DNA from: Pyrinomonadaceae bacterium
GTDB lineage: Bacteria > Acidobacteriota > Blastocatellia > Pyrinomonadales > Pyrinomonadaceae
Assembly: GCA_963715565.1 (NCBI GenBank)
Contig: OY970256.1
Coordinates: forward strand, 2,679,836-2,743,835
DNA length: 64,000 nt
Reading direction: 5' to 3'
The notes beneath the pieces are model-generated. The model did not search any database, had not been told where the DNA came from, and worked only from the letters and a program-made list of their open reading frames with translations. Below, piece by piece: positions 34,735 through 44,952 of this stretch; positions within the stretch are counted from its first letter, which is position 1, and the number at the start of each line of letters is the position of its first letter. Made by a program: the position numbers and the translations under genes.

Positions 34735-35909
34735 TGACCCTCGACAAGAATTTCGCCGTCGGCGGGCATTCCCGGCTTGGCGAATCCCTGCGGATTTGTA
34801 ATTACCAGCTTGACGCCCACGACCTGCTTGACGCGGTCGTCGCGAAAGTAAGTGTTCTCGGGCGTAAACGATGCTTCCGGGTCAATGCGCGAGACAACGG
34901 CGTCGAGCGGCACGTTCGGGTTGGAATCAAGATAGACGCGCGCGGGCTGGCCCACACGCACGCGACCTATCTCGCCTTCGGGCACAAAGGCGCGCAGGTA
35001 AACTTGATCGAGGTTGACGAGCGTGACGATCGCCGTGCCCGGCGTGATGACTTCGCCGGGCTCTGCCGAGCGCGTGGCGACCGTGGCGTTAAAGGGCGCG
35101 ACGATTTGAAGGTCGTTGCGGTTGGCTTCAGCTTCGCGAAACTGCGCGCGTGCGCGTTCGGCGTCGGCCTGTGCGGCGGCGATATCGGATTGGGCCTGTG
35201 ATATCTGCTGCTCTATGGCCGCCGATTGCGCGGCGCGTATGCGCGGGTTAGAGAGATTGGCGCGCGCTGCTGTCAAAGCGCCGCGAGCCGCGTCAACCTG
35301 TTTGCGAGCGGCTCGCACGGCTGCGGCCTGCGCCTCGGCAGTAGTGCGCGCCTGACGGCCTGCGCGTTCCGAAACATCGCCTTCGTTGGCAAGCTTTGTA
35401 AATTTCTCTTCGTCGTAGCGCGCCTGCGCGTAAGCAGCCTCGGCTTGCGCGAGCTGAGCTTCGGCGGCGGCGACCTCGGATTCGGCCACGCGGACGCGGC
35501 CCTGCGCATCCATGCGCGCCTGCTCGACACTTATACGGCTCTGCTCAAGCTGTGCGCCGAGCACGGCAACCTGTTGCTCTGCGCGGCGAAGGCGTGCTTC
35601 CGATTGCTGAATCGCAGCCGCCGCCTGCTCCTCTCGCGCCTTGACCTGATCGTCGTCGAGCAGCGCTATGACCTGTCCCGCACTTACCGTGTCGCCTTCG
35701 CGCACCGTAATCTCACGCACGCGCCCGGCCACCTTAGTAGAAACCGCCGCGTCGTCGCTCTCAATACGCCCGCTCGTGGTAATCACGTTGCGCGGCGCGG
35801 GCCGCGTGCGCAACACAAACCACCAGACGAGAAAGCCCGCCCCCAGCAGCACGACGAGCACCAACGCAACCCTTGCAGCTTTTTGAACCCGCTCCCGTTT
35901 TTCAGGCAT
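34707..35909 (-). CDS. HlyD-family membrane fusion protein (YbhG-like)
   Basis: N-terminal TM helix, long Ala/Gln/Arg/Glu-rich segment taken as coiled coil, and a C-terminal beta-barrel segment. Start taken at MPEKRERV; the upstream 10 codons are read from repeat family A. Confidence 0.85.
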   Translation of the reverse strand: MPEKRERVQKAARVALVLVVLLGAGFLVWWFVLRTRPAPRNVITTSGRIESDDAAVSTKVAGRVREITVREGDTVSAGQVIALLDDDQVKAREEQAAAAIQQSEARLRRAEQQVAVLGAQLEQSRISVEQARMDAQGRVRVAESEVAAAEAQLAQAEAAYAQARYDEEKFTKLANEGDVSERAGRQARTTAEAQAAAVRAARKQVDAARGALTAARANLSNPRIRAAQSAAIEQQISQAQSDIAAAQADAERARAQFREAEANRNDLQIVAPFNATVATRSAEPGEVITPGTAIVTLVNLDQVYLRAFVPEGEIGRVRVGQPARVYLDSNPNVPLDAVVSRIDPEASFTPENTYFRDDRVKQVVGVKLVITNPQGFAKPGMPADGEILVEGQWPTGTRQK

Positions 35910-35916
35910 AAGAAAG

Positions 35917-35994
35917 GCAGTGCAAAAGTCAAAATGCAAAATGCAGAATGAAAAGAAAGGGCTTCTTTAATTCATCACTTTGCACTTTGCATTT
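35917..35994. repeat. unit-built hairpin, family A
   Basis: GCAGTGCAAAAGTCAAAATGCAAAATGCAGAATGAA ... TTCATCACTTTGCACTTTGCATTT. Starts 7 nt upstream of the HlyD-family gene start. Confidence 0.85.
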
Positions 35995-36198
35995 ATCATT
36001 TCTTAGAGAGGTGGTGGAGCCTCGCCCCCAGGCCCACCACCTCATCGTCGTGAGGTGCGCAGAAGAGGGGAGACCTTCTTTCTGCGCAACGCAGTTCACG
36101 ACGCACCCAGATTGTTTTCCGTCTCGAAGAAGATGGGGACGGAAATTTCCACGCACGATTTTCGAAGCGTGCCTAGCGCTTTTAAGCGTGCTCAAATT

Positions 36199-37068
36199 TC
36201 AGGCGAGGTCTTCAATCATGGAAGCGGCGCGCGGCTTCCATCCTAAAAGCTCCACGGCCTTTTGGCCTGAAACCTGCTGGTCCAGGACAAGTGCGTCGGC
36301 GTAAGGGCCAAGCGCACTGCGCGCTTCTTCCAGAGGCCAACTCTCGGTGCGCCCGCCTGCTCCGCCCACACGACTCGCGCTCTGGGCGATGTCGCGCACA
36401 CGGACGGATTCACCGGTCGATGCATTGAGCAGCGTCCCTGCCGGAGCATGTTCCAGAGCGCGCACGTAGAGGTCTGCCAGATCGTCAACGTGAACGTGCG
36501 GCCAGCGGTTCTCGCCTGTGCCCACAAAGCGCGCCACGCCTTTTTCTTTCGCCTCGTTAATCATAGAGCCGGGGATGCCGCCGCCGTGGCCGTAAACCAT
36601 CGCCGGTCGAATGACGATAGAGCGCACGCCGCGCTCGTTCGCATTTAGCACAAGCTGTTCATGCGGTGGACGCCAACTGACGAGCGGCACAGGATCAAGC
36701 TCGCTCTCTTCGGTGACAACCCGGTCGCCCGTCGGGCCGTAGACCCAGATGCCGCTTGTATAGATAAAAGGCTTGCCCGTTCCTTCAAGGGCGTTGAGTA
36801 TGGTTACGACTGCGGTGCGGTCTGCGCTGGGCGCGCCCGCGCCGTGTGGTAATGCGGTGTGAATCGTTGCTTCGTTTTCGCGCGCCGCGAGGGTGAGACT
36901 TTGGGAATCGTTCAAATCTCCAAGGTGTGCGCGCAAGCCCCGCGTCTGTAGACGCTCGGCTGCTTCTTCGGAGCGGGCCAGACCCGTAACTTCGTGGCCC
37001 GCAGAACGGAGCGCATCCGACAGGGCGCTGCCGATATAACCTGTGGCTCCGGTCACTAAGACTTTCAC
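36199..37068 (-). CDS. NAD(P)-dependent epimerase/dehydratase-family (atypical SDR) protein
   Basis: Rossmann motif MKVLVTGATGYIGS; 289 aa. Confidence 0.8.
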   Translation of the reverse strand: MKVLVTGATGYIGSALSDALRSAGHEVTGLARSEEAAERLQTRGLRAHLGDLNDSQSLTLAARENEATIHTALPHGAGAPSADRTAVVTILNALEGTGKPFIYTSGIWVYGPTGDRVVTEESELDPVPLVSWRPPHEQLVLNANERGVRSIVIRPAMVYGHGGGIPGSMINEAKEKGVARFVGTGENRWPHVHVDDLADLYVRALEHAPAGTLLNASTGESVRVRDIAQSASRVGGAGGRTESWPLEEARSALGPYADALVLDQQVSGQKAVELLGWKPRAASMIEDLA

Positions 37069-37214
37069 GAAAACTCCTCGCAGGTCAAGGATAAATTTTC
37101 AGCCCGGCGCGTCGGCGCGTCCCTTGAGGCGCACATCACGCGGACATAAATTGTTCACTGCGCCTGAAACTCTTTAGAGTCTCAAGCGATTTATGCGAGG
37201 ATTTTCAACCGTCT

Positions 37215-39401
37215 TCAGCGCACGCTGATCGTTACGTTATTGACTTCGAGCGCGTTGCCGGTGGCGCGTTGCAACTCGGCGATTGATTTGTTCAAGTCCG
37301 TCTGCGCGCGCAGTTCGTTACCGCGCGCGTTGGTCAAAGCCGTCTGGCGCTCAAGCACCAGAAAGAGCGTTGACTGGCCCGCGTCGAACCGGCGCTGCTC
37401 GCTCTGGTACTGCTGCTCGGACGCTGCGCGGGCCGAAGCCGCCGCGCGGAGTCTGGATTCAGCCGTCCGCACGGATTGAATAGCATTGCGCACATCAACC
37501 TGAATCAACTGCTCAAGCTGCTCGCGCTGCGTCTCGATGCGCTGACCTTCGACCAGGGATCGGCCAAGGTTGGCTTCCGCCGTGCGATTTCTTAAAGGCA
37601 GGTTCAACTGCACGCCGACGCGAAAATTGTTGTAGCGATTCGCGGCCAGGTTCGAGAGCGATTGGCCGAAGCCTCCGACCAGATTTTCGGGCAGCGTCTG
37701 CGGCGCGGGTTCCGGAATCGGCGGGATGCCGTTAATCAAGGAGAGCAGGTTAACTTGCTGGCGCAATATTTCCGTCGAAGAGAACGGGTTGATAGTTGCT
37801 CCTGTATTAATCGATCCCGCGTTGCCGACCACGCCGTAGCTGCCGATTAAATCGACCTGTGGCTTTGTCTGATCGCGATAGAGCCGCTGGTCTATCTCGT
37901 TAATCGCGCGCGCAACATCTGCTTGCTTTAGTTCCGGGCGGTTCGCGAGCGCCGTCTGTATAGCCTCTGGCAAAGAGGCAGGCGGCGCGTTTAAATCAAC
38001 CGGGTCGGTAGGAATCAGGGAGACGTTCCACAACCGGGACTCGCGATTTTCGGCAATCAGGTTCTTGAGGTTGTTCTCAAAGCGCCCGACCTCTTCGAGC
38101 GCCGTGTAAACGCTCTGCTCAAAACCGGAGACCTGCGCTTCCGCCGCGACGACGTCAATCGGCGCGAGCACGCCTTCTTTCACAAGTCGCTTGTTGTGCT
38201 CAAGCTGCGTGCGCGCATCACGCACGGCGTCGCGTTGAATCTGCAAGTTGCGAAGCGCAAAGACCAAATCCCAGTAGGCGCGCTGAACAGCGGTGATGGT
38301 CTCTATGGCGCGCTGGCGAAACTGCGCGTCCGTCAAAGAGAGATTCTTTTTCGCGACCTCTATCTGGCGGCGGCTAGGGTCAATACGAAAGCCGCGCAGG
38401 AGCGGCTGCGTGTAGCTGAAGGTAAGCGCCGCAGGGTACGACGGGTTGAGCGCCGTGAACTGGTTGTCGGTCGTCAGGCGAATGGAAGAGAAGTCTATGC
38501 GATAGCCTCCGCCGTAGCGCGGCGTGAGACCTTCAAGGCGAAACGTGCCCGTGTAATCGGTCTGTGTGACCGCGCCATCGACAGCTCCGCTCAGGAAACT
38601 GGTCGCGGGTGTGTTGATGCGCTCGTAGTAAGAGAGCGAACTCAAGCGCGGGTCGTATGCTCCGCGAGAGCCCTGTAGATCAAACTCCGCGATACGCACA
38701 TTCTGGCGCGCGACCTCTATGTCCTTGTTGTTGGCGAGCGCCATCGCAATCGCTTCGCGCAGAGAGAGCGGGCGTTGGTCTGTCATGTCAACGCCGACGC
38801 GGCTCAATTCGGGAAAGGGCTGCGCGTTGGCGCGGAAGTTTGGCGCGACGACAGGCACGGGCGGCAATTGATCCGGCGCAGGCGTCGGCACGCTCTCGCG
38901 TCCCGGCGGCGGAGGCGAAGCGGGCGGCTGCACACCGGGAATCTGCTGCTGCCCCTGCGACAGGGGCCGCACAGTAATTCCTGAAGGCAAGCTGTCCGAA
39001 GTCGGAATAGATGTGACGCCGCCTGCTGCTCCGCCCTGCGGCGTCTGCGGCTGTGTCGCGGGCACTGGAGTTGTTCCACGGCCCTGCTGGTCTGATTGCG
39101 TAGAGGGCTGTACGCTCTGCTCTGTTTGTCCTGCGGGTGTAACGGGCCGTGCGTTTGAGCCGGGCGCGGGCGCAACGGTTTGCGGCGCGTTGCCCGACGG
39201 CGCAATATTCACACCGCCAGGGGAAGACGCGGGCGGCGTACCTTGCGGCGGGTTGTTGCCCGAAGGCGCTGACGCGGGCGGCGTCGTAGTCGGCGGAGAG
39301 CCCGGCTGCGTCTGCGCCTGCACAGTAGAAGAGAGAGCCGCCGACACGCAAAGAAGCGCGAGGAAGAATGCGACGCGGATTTTGAAAATCAGAGTTTTCA
39401 T
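37215..39401 (-). CDS. TolC-family outer-membrane efflux protein with ~190-aa P/Q/T-rich N-terminal extension
   Basis: Signal peptide MKTLIFKIRVAFFLALLCVSAALSSTVQA, then a long low-complexity region, then two OEP-type repeats. Last gene of the RND operon. Confidence 0.85.
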   Translation of the reverse strand: MKTLIFKIRVAFFLALLCVSAALSSTVQAQTQPGSPPTTTPPASAPSGNNPPQGTPPASSPGGVNIAPSGNAPQTVAPAPGSNARPVTPAGQTEQSVQPSTQSDQQGRGTTPVPATQPQTPQGGAAGGVTSIPTSDSLPSGITVRPLSQGQQQIPGVQPPASPPPPGRESVPTPAPDQLPPVPVVAPNFRANAQPFPELSRVGVDMTDQRPLSLREAIAMALANNKDIEVARQNVRIAEFDLQGSRGAYDPRLSSLSYYERINTPATSFLSGAVDGAVTQTDYTGTFRLEGLTPRYGGGYRIDFSSIRLTTDNQFTALNPSYPAALTFSYTQPLLRGFRIDPSRRQIEVAKKNLSLTDAQFRQRAIETITAVQRAYWDLVFALRNLQIQRDAVRDARTQLEHNKRLVKEGVLAPIDVVAAEAQVSGFEQSVYTALEEVGRFENNLKNLIAENRESRLWNVSLIPTDPVDLNAPPASLPEAIQTALANRPELKQADVARAINEIDQRLYRDQTKPQVDLIGSYGVVGNAGSINTGATINPFSSTEILRQQVNLLSLINGIPPIPEPAPQTLPENLVGGFGQSLSNLAANRYNNFRVGVQLNLPLRNRTAEANLGRSLVEGQRIETQREQLEQLIQVDVRNAIQSVRTAESRLRAAASARAASEQQYQSEQRRFDAGQSTLFLVLERQTALTNARGNELRAQTDLNKSIAELQRATGNALEVNNVTISVR

Positions 39402-39475
39402 GACTCGTATCAAAGCTAACGGCGCGCTCGAAGAGGCTAAAAGTTTTTACAGCCGCCTCTCGCGCGCCTCGTACA

Positions 39476-42400
39476 TCATTTATTAAAGAGACTAAAGAGA
39501 GAGGCCGTGGCGGTCGCGGCCTTGCGACGCGCCCACGCAAACGGCGCAGTGGCGCGACTCCCCATCCAACTCCACACGCGGCTCTTACCCAGATCGTCAA
39601 AGAGCGAGTAGAAGACCGGCACGGCTAAAAGTGTTAAGAGCAAACACAGGCTCTGCCCGCCGACCACCAGCACGCCTATCGAGCGATTGGTTCCAGCGCC
39701 GGGGCCGGTCGCCAAAACGAGCGGCATCATGCCCGCGACGAGCGCTATCGTCGTCATCAAAATCGGGCGCAGGCGGTCGCGGTTCGATTGAATAATCGCC
39801 TCGTAGCGATCCATGCCGCGCGCGCGCAGCTCGTTCGTGTGATCAATCTGCAAAATGGCGTTCTTCTTGACCACGCCGAACAAGAGCAGCAATCCGAGAC
39901 CCGAAAAGATGTTCACGGTCTGTCCTGTTATGAGCAAGCTGAGGATGCCGAACGGGATGGCGAGCGGCAGCGTCAGCAGGATTGTCACAGGGTGTATGAA
40001 CGATTCGAACTGCGCGGCCAGCACCATGTACATAAAGACGAACGAGAGCACAATCGCGAGCAGGAAGTAGTAGCCCGCGCGGCCAAGCTCTTTGGAGCGA
40101 CCGGCTGTGCCGGTTTTGTAGGCCGGGTCGAGTTTCAACTCGCGCACGTACTGATCCATCTTTTCCAGCACGGCGGACTGAGAGCCGCCGGGACGCACGT
40201 TGCCGAGCAATGAGACCTGTCGCTGGCGATTAAGACGGTCAATCGCGGACGGCCCCGCGCCTTCTTCTATCCGCACGAGATTGTCCAGGCTCACCCATCC
40301 AATCTTGGCCGAAGGCACAATCATGCGGCTCAAGCCCTCGACGCTCGTGCGGAATTCGCCTATGGCGCGCACGCGCACCGGATACTGGTCCGTGCCCGCG
40401 TTAAAGGTCGAAACCTCCTGCCCCGCGACGAGCGTGTTCAAAGCCTGCGCGATGTCGCCGACGCGCACGCCCAGATCGGCAGCGCGCGCGCGGTCAATCA
40501 CCACGCGCAGTTCGGGCTTGCCTAAGATAAGAGTTGAATCCACGTCCACCACATCGGGAATGGTCTTCATCTTGGCGAGCAGCTCTTCGGAATACTTAAT
40601 CAGCTTATCTAAATCAGGCCCGCCGATGACATACTGAATATCCGCGTTGCGGAAGCCGCCGCCCGAAATGGCCGCGACCTGTTGAACGCTCGTGCGCAGC
40701 TCCTTCGGATAGCTCTGAAGAATCTTGCGCGCCGCGATCATCAAATCGTCCTGAGTTTTGTTACGCTCCTTAATCAGCTTGAGCTTGACGTAGATGGATG
40801 CGTTGTTGACCAATTCCTGCTGGCCGCCGCCGACCGTGACGAGCGTGTCCGTTACACCGTCCAGCCCGCGCAGGTCTTTCGCGATGCGCTCGACGATGGC
40901 CGAAGTCGCTTCCAGAGTATTGCCCTCGGGCGTGCGTACGTTGACCTCAAACTGCGACTGGTCGTCGACGGGAAGAAAGTTTTTGCCGACGAACATAAAG
41001 AGCGGAACGATGCTCACGATCACAGCCGCGCACAGGAGGACGACGGCCCAGCGATGCGCGAGCGACCATTTCAACATTGCCGTGTAGCTGCGATCAATCG
41101 GGCGATAGAAGCGCGACTCCTTGGACGAGCGCTCATCTCTGGGCACGTCCGGCTTCACAGTCCTCGCGCCCTCGGCTGTAGCACCCGCAGCCCACGCGCT
41201 TTCGTCGTCTTCAATATTCTTCAAAGGCTCGGCTTCGGAAGCCGTGACGCGCGATTCGTTCGCTAAAGCAATCGTGTCTTCGCTCTCGGAAGGCTCGCTG
41301 CCCACAGCAGCCGGAAGCGGGTCGTCCTTGCGCTTGATGAGACGCGCGGCAAGCATCGGCGTCAGCGTGAAAGAGACGAGCAACGAGACGGCGATGGCGA
41401 ACGAAGAGGTCAGACCAAACGAGGACATGAAGCGCCCGACGATGCCGCCCATAAAGCCCACGGGCAGAAAGACCGCGAGCAGCGAGAGCGTCGTCGCCAT
41501 CACCGCCATGCCAATCTCGCGCGTGCCTTCGATGGCCGCTTGAAACGGCGGCATCCCCTTCTCTTCCACAAAGCGGTAGATGTTTTCTAAAACTACAATC
41601 GCGTCGTCAATCACGATGCCGACCATCAGGGTCAAAGCGAGCATCGTGATGTTGTTAAGCGTGTAGCCCATCGCCGCCATCAGGCCAAAGGTGGCGATGA
41701 TGGAGGTCGGAATAGCTATCGCCGCAATAAAGGTCGAGCGGACGCTCCACAAAAAGATAAAGACGACGATGGCCGCCAGAATGCCGCCTTCGATTAAGTG
41801 CGTCTGGATTGATTCGAGCGATGCCTTGATGAAGACCGACTGGTCGCCGACAATTTCCGTGCGAAAGCCGGGCGGAAGCGTTGGCTTAATCTCTTCGAGG
41901 CGGGCTTTGACTTCATCCGCGACCGCCACGGTGTTCTGACCGGATTGCTTCGAGACGACGAGCGTCACGGCTGGTTGGCCGTTCAGGCGAGCTTCGGTGC
42001 GCGGCTCCTCCGCGCCGTCTTCGACATAGCCTATGTCGCTCACCTTGACGGAATAGTTGCCGCGCGTCGCCACCACCAGATTATTAAATTCCGCAGGGTT
42101 CTGGATGCGGCCCATCGTGCGTACGGTCAACTCGCGCGCGCCCTCTTCGACGCGACCGCCCGGTACTTCCAGATTCTGCGCGCGCACAGCCGCCGCGACT
42201 TCCGCGACCGTGACGTTAAAGGCGCGCAGTTTGTCCGGGTCTACCCAGACCTGAATCTCGCGCGAGCGGCCACCGACAATTTCGACGTTGCCGACGCCGT
42301 TGATGGATTCGATGCGCTCCTTAATCTGCTTGTCCGCGATGTCCGTGACTTCGCGCAAACTGCGGGGCGCGCTGACGGCTATGCGCAGCACGGGCGCAGC

Positions 42401-42805
42401 ATCCGTATCAAGCTTCTGCACAATCGGCTGCTCGGCGGTATCAGGCAAATCGCCGACGATGAGATTGATTTTGTCGCGGATTTCCTGTGCGGCGACGTCC
42501 GCGTTCTTCTCTAAGATAAAAGTGATAAAGACCTGCGAGACGCCTTCGACGGAGGTCGAGCGCAGCTCGTCTATGCCGCTAACGGTATTGACTGCGCCCT
42601 CTACCTTGTCCGTAATCTCGGTCTCAATCTCCTGCGGCGATGCGCCGGGATTGACGACCGTCACGGTAATCGTCGGCAGGTCAATCTTCGGAAACAAATC
42701 CACACCGAGCGACTTGTAAGAGAAAATACCAACCACCGTCAGCGACAAAATCAACATCGTCGCAAACACCGGTCGCCGCACACAGATTTCAGCAAGCTTT
42801 TGCAT
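39476..42805 (-). CDS. RND (HAE1/AcrB-like) efflux transporter permease
   Basis: 1109 aa with AcrB-like N-terminus MQKLAEICVRRPVFATMLILS and 12-TM topology. There is an acidic insert in the central cytoplasmic loop. Confidence 0.92.
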   Translation of the reverse strand: MQKLAEICVRRPVFATMLILSLTVVGIFSYKSLGVDLFPKIDLPTITVTVVNPGASPQEIETEITDKVEGAVNTVSGIDELRSTSVEGVSQVFITFILEKNADVAAQEIRDKINLIVGDLPDTAEQPIVQKLDTDAAPVLRIAVSAPRSLREVTDIADKQIKERIESINGVGNVEIVGGRSREIQVWVDPDKLRAFNVTVAEVAAAVRAQNLEVPGGRVEEGARELTVRTMGRIQNPAEFNNLVVATRGNYSVKVSDIGYVEDGAEEPRTEARLNGQPAVTLVVSKQSGQNTVAVADEVKARLEEIKPTLPPGFRTEIVGDQSVFIKASLESIQTHLIEGGILAAIVVFIFLWSVRSTFIAAIAIPTSIIATFGLMAAMGYTLNNITMLALTLMVGIVIDDAIVVLENIYRFVEEKGMPPFQAAIEGTREIGMAVMATTLSLLAVFLPVGFMGGIVGRFMSSFGLTSSFAIAVSLLVSFTLTPMLAARLIKRKDDPLPAAVGSEPSESEDTIALANESRVTASEAEPLKNIEDDESAWAAGATAEGARTVKPDVPRDERSSKESRFYRPIDRSYTAMLKWSLAHRWAVVLLCAAVIVSIVPLFMFVGKNFLPVDDQSQFEVNVRTPEGNTLEATSAIVERIAKDLRGLDGVTDTLVTVGGGQQELVNNASIYVKLKLIKERNKTQDDLMIAARKILQSYPKELRTSVQQVAAISGGGFRNADIQYVIGGPDLDKLIKYSEELLAKMKTIPDVVDVDSTLILGKPELRVVIDRARAADLGVRVGDIAQALNTLVAGQEVSTFNAGTDQYPVRVRAIGEFRTSVEGLSRMIVPSAKIGWVSLDNLVRIEEGAGPSAIDRLNRQRQVSLLGNVRPGGSQSAVLEKMDQYVRELKLDPAYKTGTAGRSKELGRAGYYFLLAIVLSFVFMYMVLAAQFESFIHPVTILLTLPLAIPFGILSLLITGQTVNIFSGLGLLLLFGVVKKNAILQIDHTNELRARGMDRYEAIIQSNRDRLRPILMTTIALVAGMMPLVLATGPGAGTNRSIGVLVVGGQSLCLLLTLLAVPVFYSLFDDLGKSRVWSWMGSRATAPFAWARRKAATATASLFSLFNK

Positions 42806-42813
42806 AAACCTTT

Positions 42814-42901
42814 AAGTCCCAAATCCCAAGTCCCAAATCTCAAGTCTTAAATCCCAAAATACTGTCGTTTGACTTGGGACTTTGGACTTGGGACTTGAGA
42901 C
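42814..42901. repeat. unit-built hairpin, family G (CCCAARTC-type 7-8-nt units), imperfect
   Basis: AAGTCCCAAATCCCAAGTCCCAAATCTCAAGTC ... GACTTGGGACTTTGGACTTGGGACTTGAGAC. Lies between the adaptor stop (42904) and the RND start (42805). Confidence 0.75.
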
Positions 42902-42903
42902 CT

Positions 42904-44163
42904 CTATTGCCTGACGCTCATCCCGTCGCTCAACATCTCTACGTTGCTGGTGGCGACTACTTCATCAGCGGCGAGGCCGGTTCGGATTTCGACCAGATCG
43001 CCTTCGGTTTGTCCCAGTTGCACAATGCGCTGTTCGGCGCGCCCGTCGCGTATGACGTAGACGCGGCTCGTCCCGGCTTCCGTGCGTACGGCGCGTAGCG
43101 GCACGAGCACGGCGGGCTCAGATTGCGGCAGCAGGATGCGGACGGTGCCAAACTGTCCGGGCTTTAAAAGATTGTCGCCGTTATCCACTTCGGCCTCGAC
43201 CGTCAGGGTGCGCGAATTCGGCGTCACGCTCGGCGAGATGTGATGCACGCGCCCGCTGAAGGTGCGGTCGGGGTAAGCGCTCACCGTGACGGAAACGCTC
43301 TGGCCCACCTGCACCGACCCGACCGCCTGCTCCGGAATGTCTATACGCATGCGCAAAGGGTTGGTGCGGACGATGGTCGCAATCTTGGAAGACGGCGTGA
43401 CGTATTCGCCTATGTCCGCCGGGCGGTCCGCGACAAAGCCGCTGATGGGCGCAGCCACCACCGCGTCTGCGATGGCCTTGCGCGCAGAAGCGACCTGTGT
43501 TTGCGCTGCGTCAACAGCCGCACGCGCCGTGTGCACCGCAGCGTAATTCTGCCGTGCCTGCGTCAGGGCGACTTCGTACTGCTGGCGCAACTGGTCGCGC
43601 TGCGCCCTCTGCTGGTCATAGTCCGAGCGCGACACGTCGCCCGACTCCAGCAGGCGCTCGAAGCGGCGCAACTGTTTTTCGGCCAACTCAAGCGCGACAC
43701 GCGCCGCGCCGACTTCTGCAACACGCTCTGCGTCAAACGCCTGACCCGGACGTAGTCCAATGCGAGCTTCTGCCTGACGAACGCTTGCCTGCGCCTGCGC
43801 GACCTGCGCCGTGGCCTGCTCGTAGCGTATGCGTGAGTCGCGGTCGTCCAGTCGGACGAGAACCGTGCCCTGCTGTACAAACGTGCCGAGGTCTACGCCG
43901 ACCGAGACGACCTTGCCGGAAACGGCGGGCGCAACTTCCGTCTGCTCGTCTGCGGCAAGGCTGCCAGTGGCTTCCAGAAAGCGCGGCAACTGGCGCTGAA
44001 TAGCAGGCGAAGTCGTGACTTCAACCACCTGCGGAGCTTGCGCGTTGGCGTTGGCTGTCTTGTTCGATTGCGCTTTAGAGCCGCTGCAAGCCCCAATCAA
44101 AAGTGCGAGACTGAGGAGCGCGACGAGGAGCGCGGTAAATTTTAAATGCTTACGCGAAATCAT
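42904..44163 (-). CDS. RND efflux periplasmic adaptor (membrane fusion lipoprotein)
   Basis: Lipobox LLIGAC, coiled-coil hairpin and beta-barrel segments. ATGA overlap with the tetR stop. Confidence 0.88.
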   Translation of the reverse strand: MISRKHLKFTALLVALLSLALLIGACSGSKAQSNKTANANAQAPQVVEVTTSPAIQRQLPRFLEATGSLAADEQTEVAPAVSGKVVSVGVDLGTFVQQGTVLVRLDDRDSRIRYEQATAQVAQAQASVRQAEARIGLRPGQAFDAERVAEVGAARVALELAEKQLRRFERLLESGDVSRSDYDQQRAQRDQLRQQYEVALTQARQNYAAVHTARAAVDAAQTQVASARKAIADAVVAAPISGFVADRPADIGEYVTPSSKIATIVRTNPLRMRIDIPEQAVGSVQVGQSVSVTVSAYPDRTFSGRVHHISPSVTPNSRTLTVEAEVDNGDNLLKPGQFGTVRILLPQSEPAVLVPLRAVRTEAGTSRVYVIRDGRAEQRIVQLGQTEGDLVEIRTGLAADEVVATSNVEMLSDGMSVRQ

Positions 44164-44930
44164 CTCGATAGCTTTTTCTTTGTACGATTGCCGTTAGTAG
44201 TTCTGCCCGTGCGGCGCGCTCTCGTTCGCGGCGCGCCCGCCTGCGCTGTAGTCGTAATAGTGATGCCCTTTAACAGGATGTCCGTGAAGCTGCGCGCGGC
44301 CTCTTCGTTTGAGATGTCGAGCAACAGCCGGTCGGGATCCCACAGGGTGTTGTTGAGCGAATGATGAATAATCGTCCCGATAAAGGTACGGACGATGACG
44401 CGCGGCTCGATGTCGCGCATGATGCCGTCCCGTTGACGCTCGACAATGTAGGCGCACAGGAATTCGTAGAACCTCTTGACAGTCCTTTCCCAGAACATCT
44501 GTGCCAACTCGTGGCCTTCGAGCGCGGCGTAAAGCAGTAGACGATGAAACTCCGTGTCGTCGTCGTGATGCTGTAGAGCATGAAAGGCCAGCCCCTCGAA
44601 AACGGCGCGGTCGTCCTTGCGCTGGATGGCGTCAGCGACCACCTCCGCCGGGTCGTCCATGCCGCCCTCGCAGGCGACGTGGTCCAGGATGGCCGAATAA
44701 AGCTCGTCCTTGGTGGCGAAGTGGCGGAAGATGATGGCCTCGGAGACGCCTGCGGCCTGCGCTATCTCCTTGGTGGTCGTGCCGCGAAAGCCTCGCTGCG
44801 AAAAGAGCTTGACGGCGACGCGCACAATCTCTCGCCGCCGCTCCTGTGCGGAAAGGCGTGCAGACGGAACAGGAGATGCGGGGTTTGCCCCGGCGACATC
44901 TGTCTTGGGGAGCGTTAGTTCTTTGGTCAT
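44160..44930 (-). CDS. TetR/AcrR-family transcriptional regulator
   Basis: HTH TTKEIAQAAGVSEAIIFRHFATKDELY. First gene of the efflux operon. ATG at 44930; the track ORF adds one TTG codon. Confidence 0.85.
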   Translation of the reverse strand: MTKELTLPKTDVAGANPASPVPSARLSAQERRREIVRVAVKLFSQRGFRGTTTKEIAQAAGVSEAIIFRHFATKDELYSAILDHVACEGGMDDPAEVVADAIQRKDDRAVFEGLAFHALQHHDDDTEFHRLLLYAALEGHELAQMFWERTVKRFYEFLCAYIVERQRDGIMRDIEPRVIVRTFIGTIIHHSLNNTLWDPDRLLLDISNEEAARSFTDILLKGITITTTAQAGAPRTRARRTGRTTNGNRTKKKLSR

Positions 44931-44952
44931 CAATATTCTCTGGCTGTGGAAA

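Noticed and set aside
38788-39600. 270-aa and 133-aa minus-strand ORFs and a 157-aa plus-strand ORF over the TolC 5' region
   Set aside because: They are alternative frames of the P/Q/T-rich low-complexity coding region. The TolC frame has a signal peptide and continues into OEP repeats.
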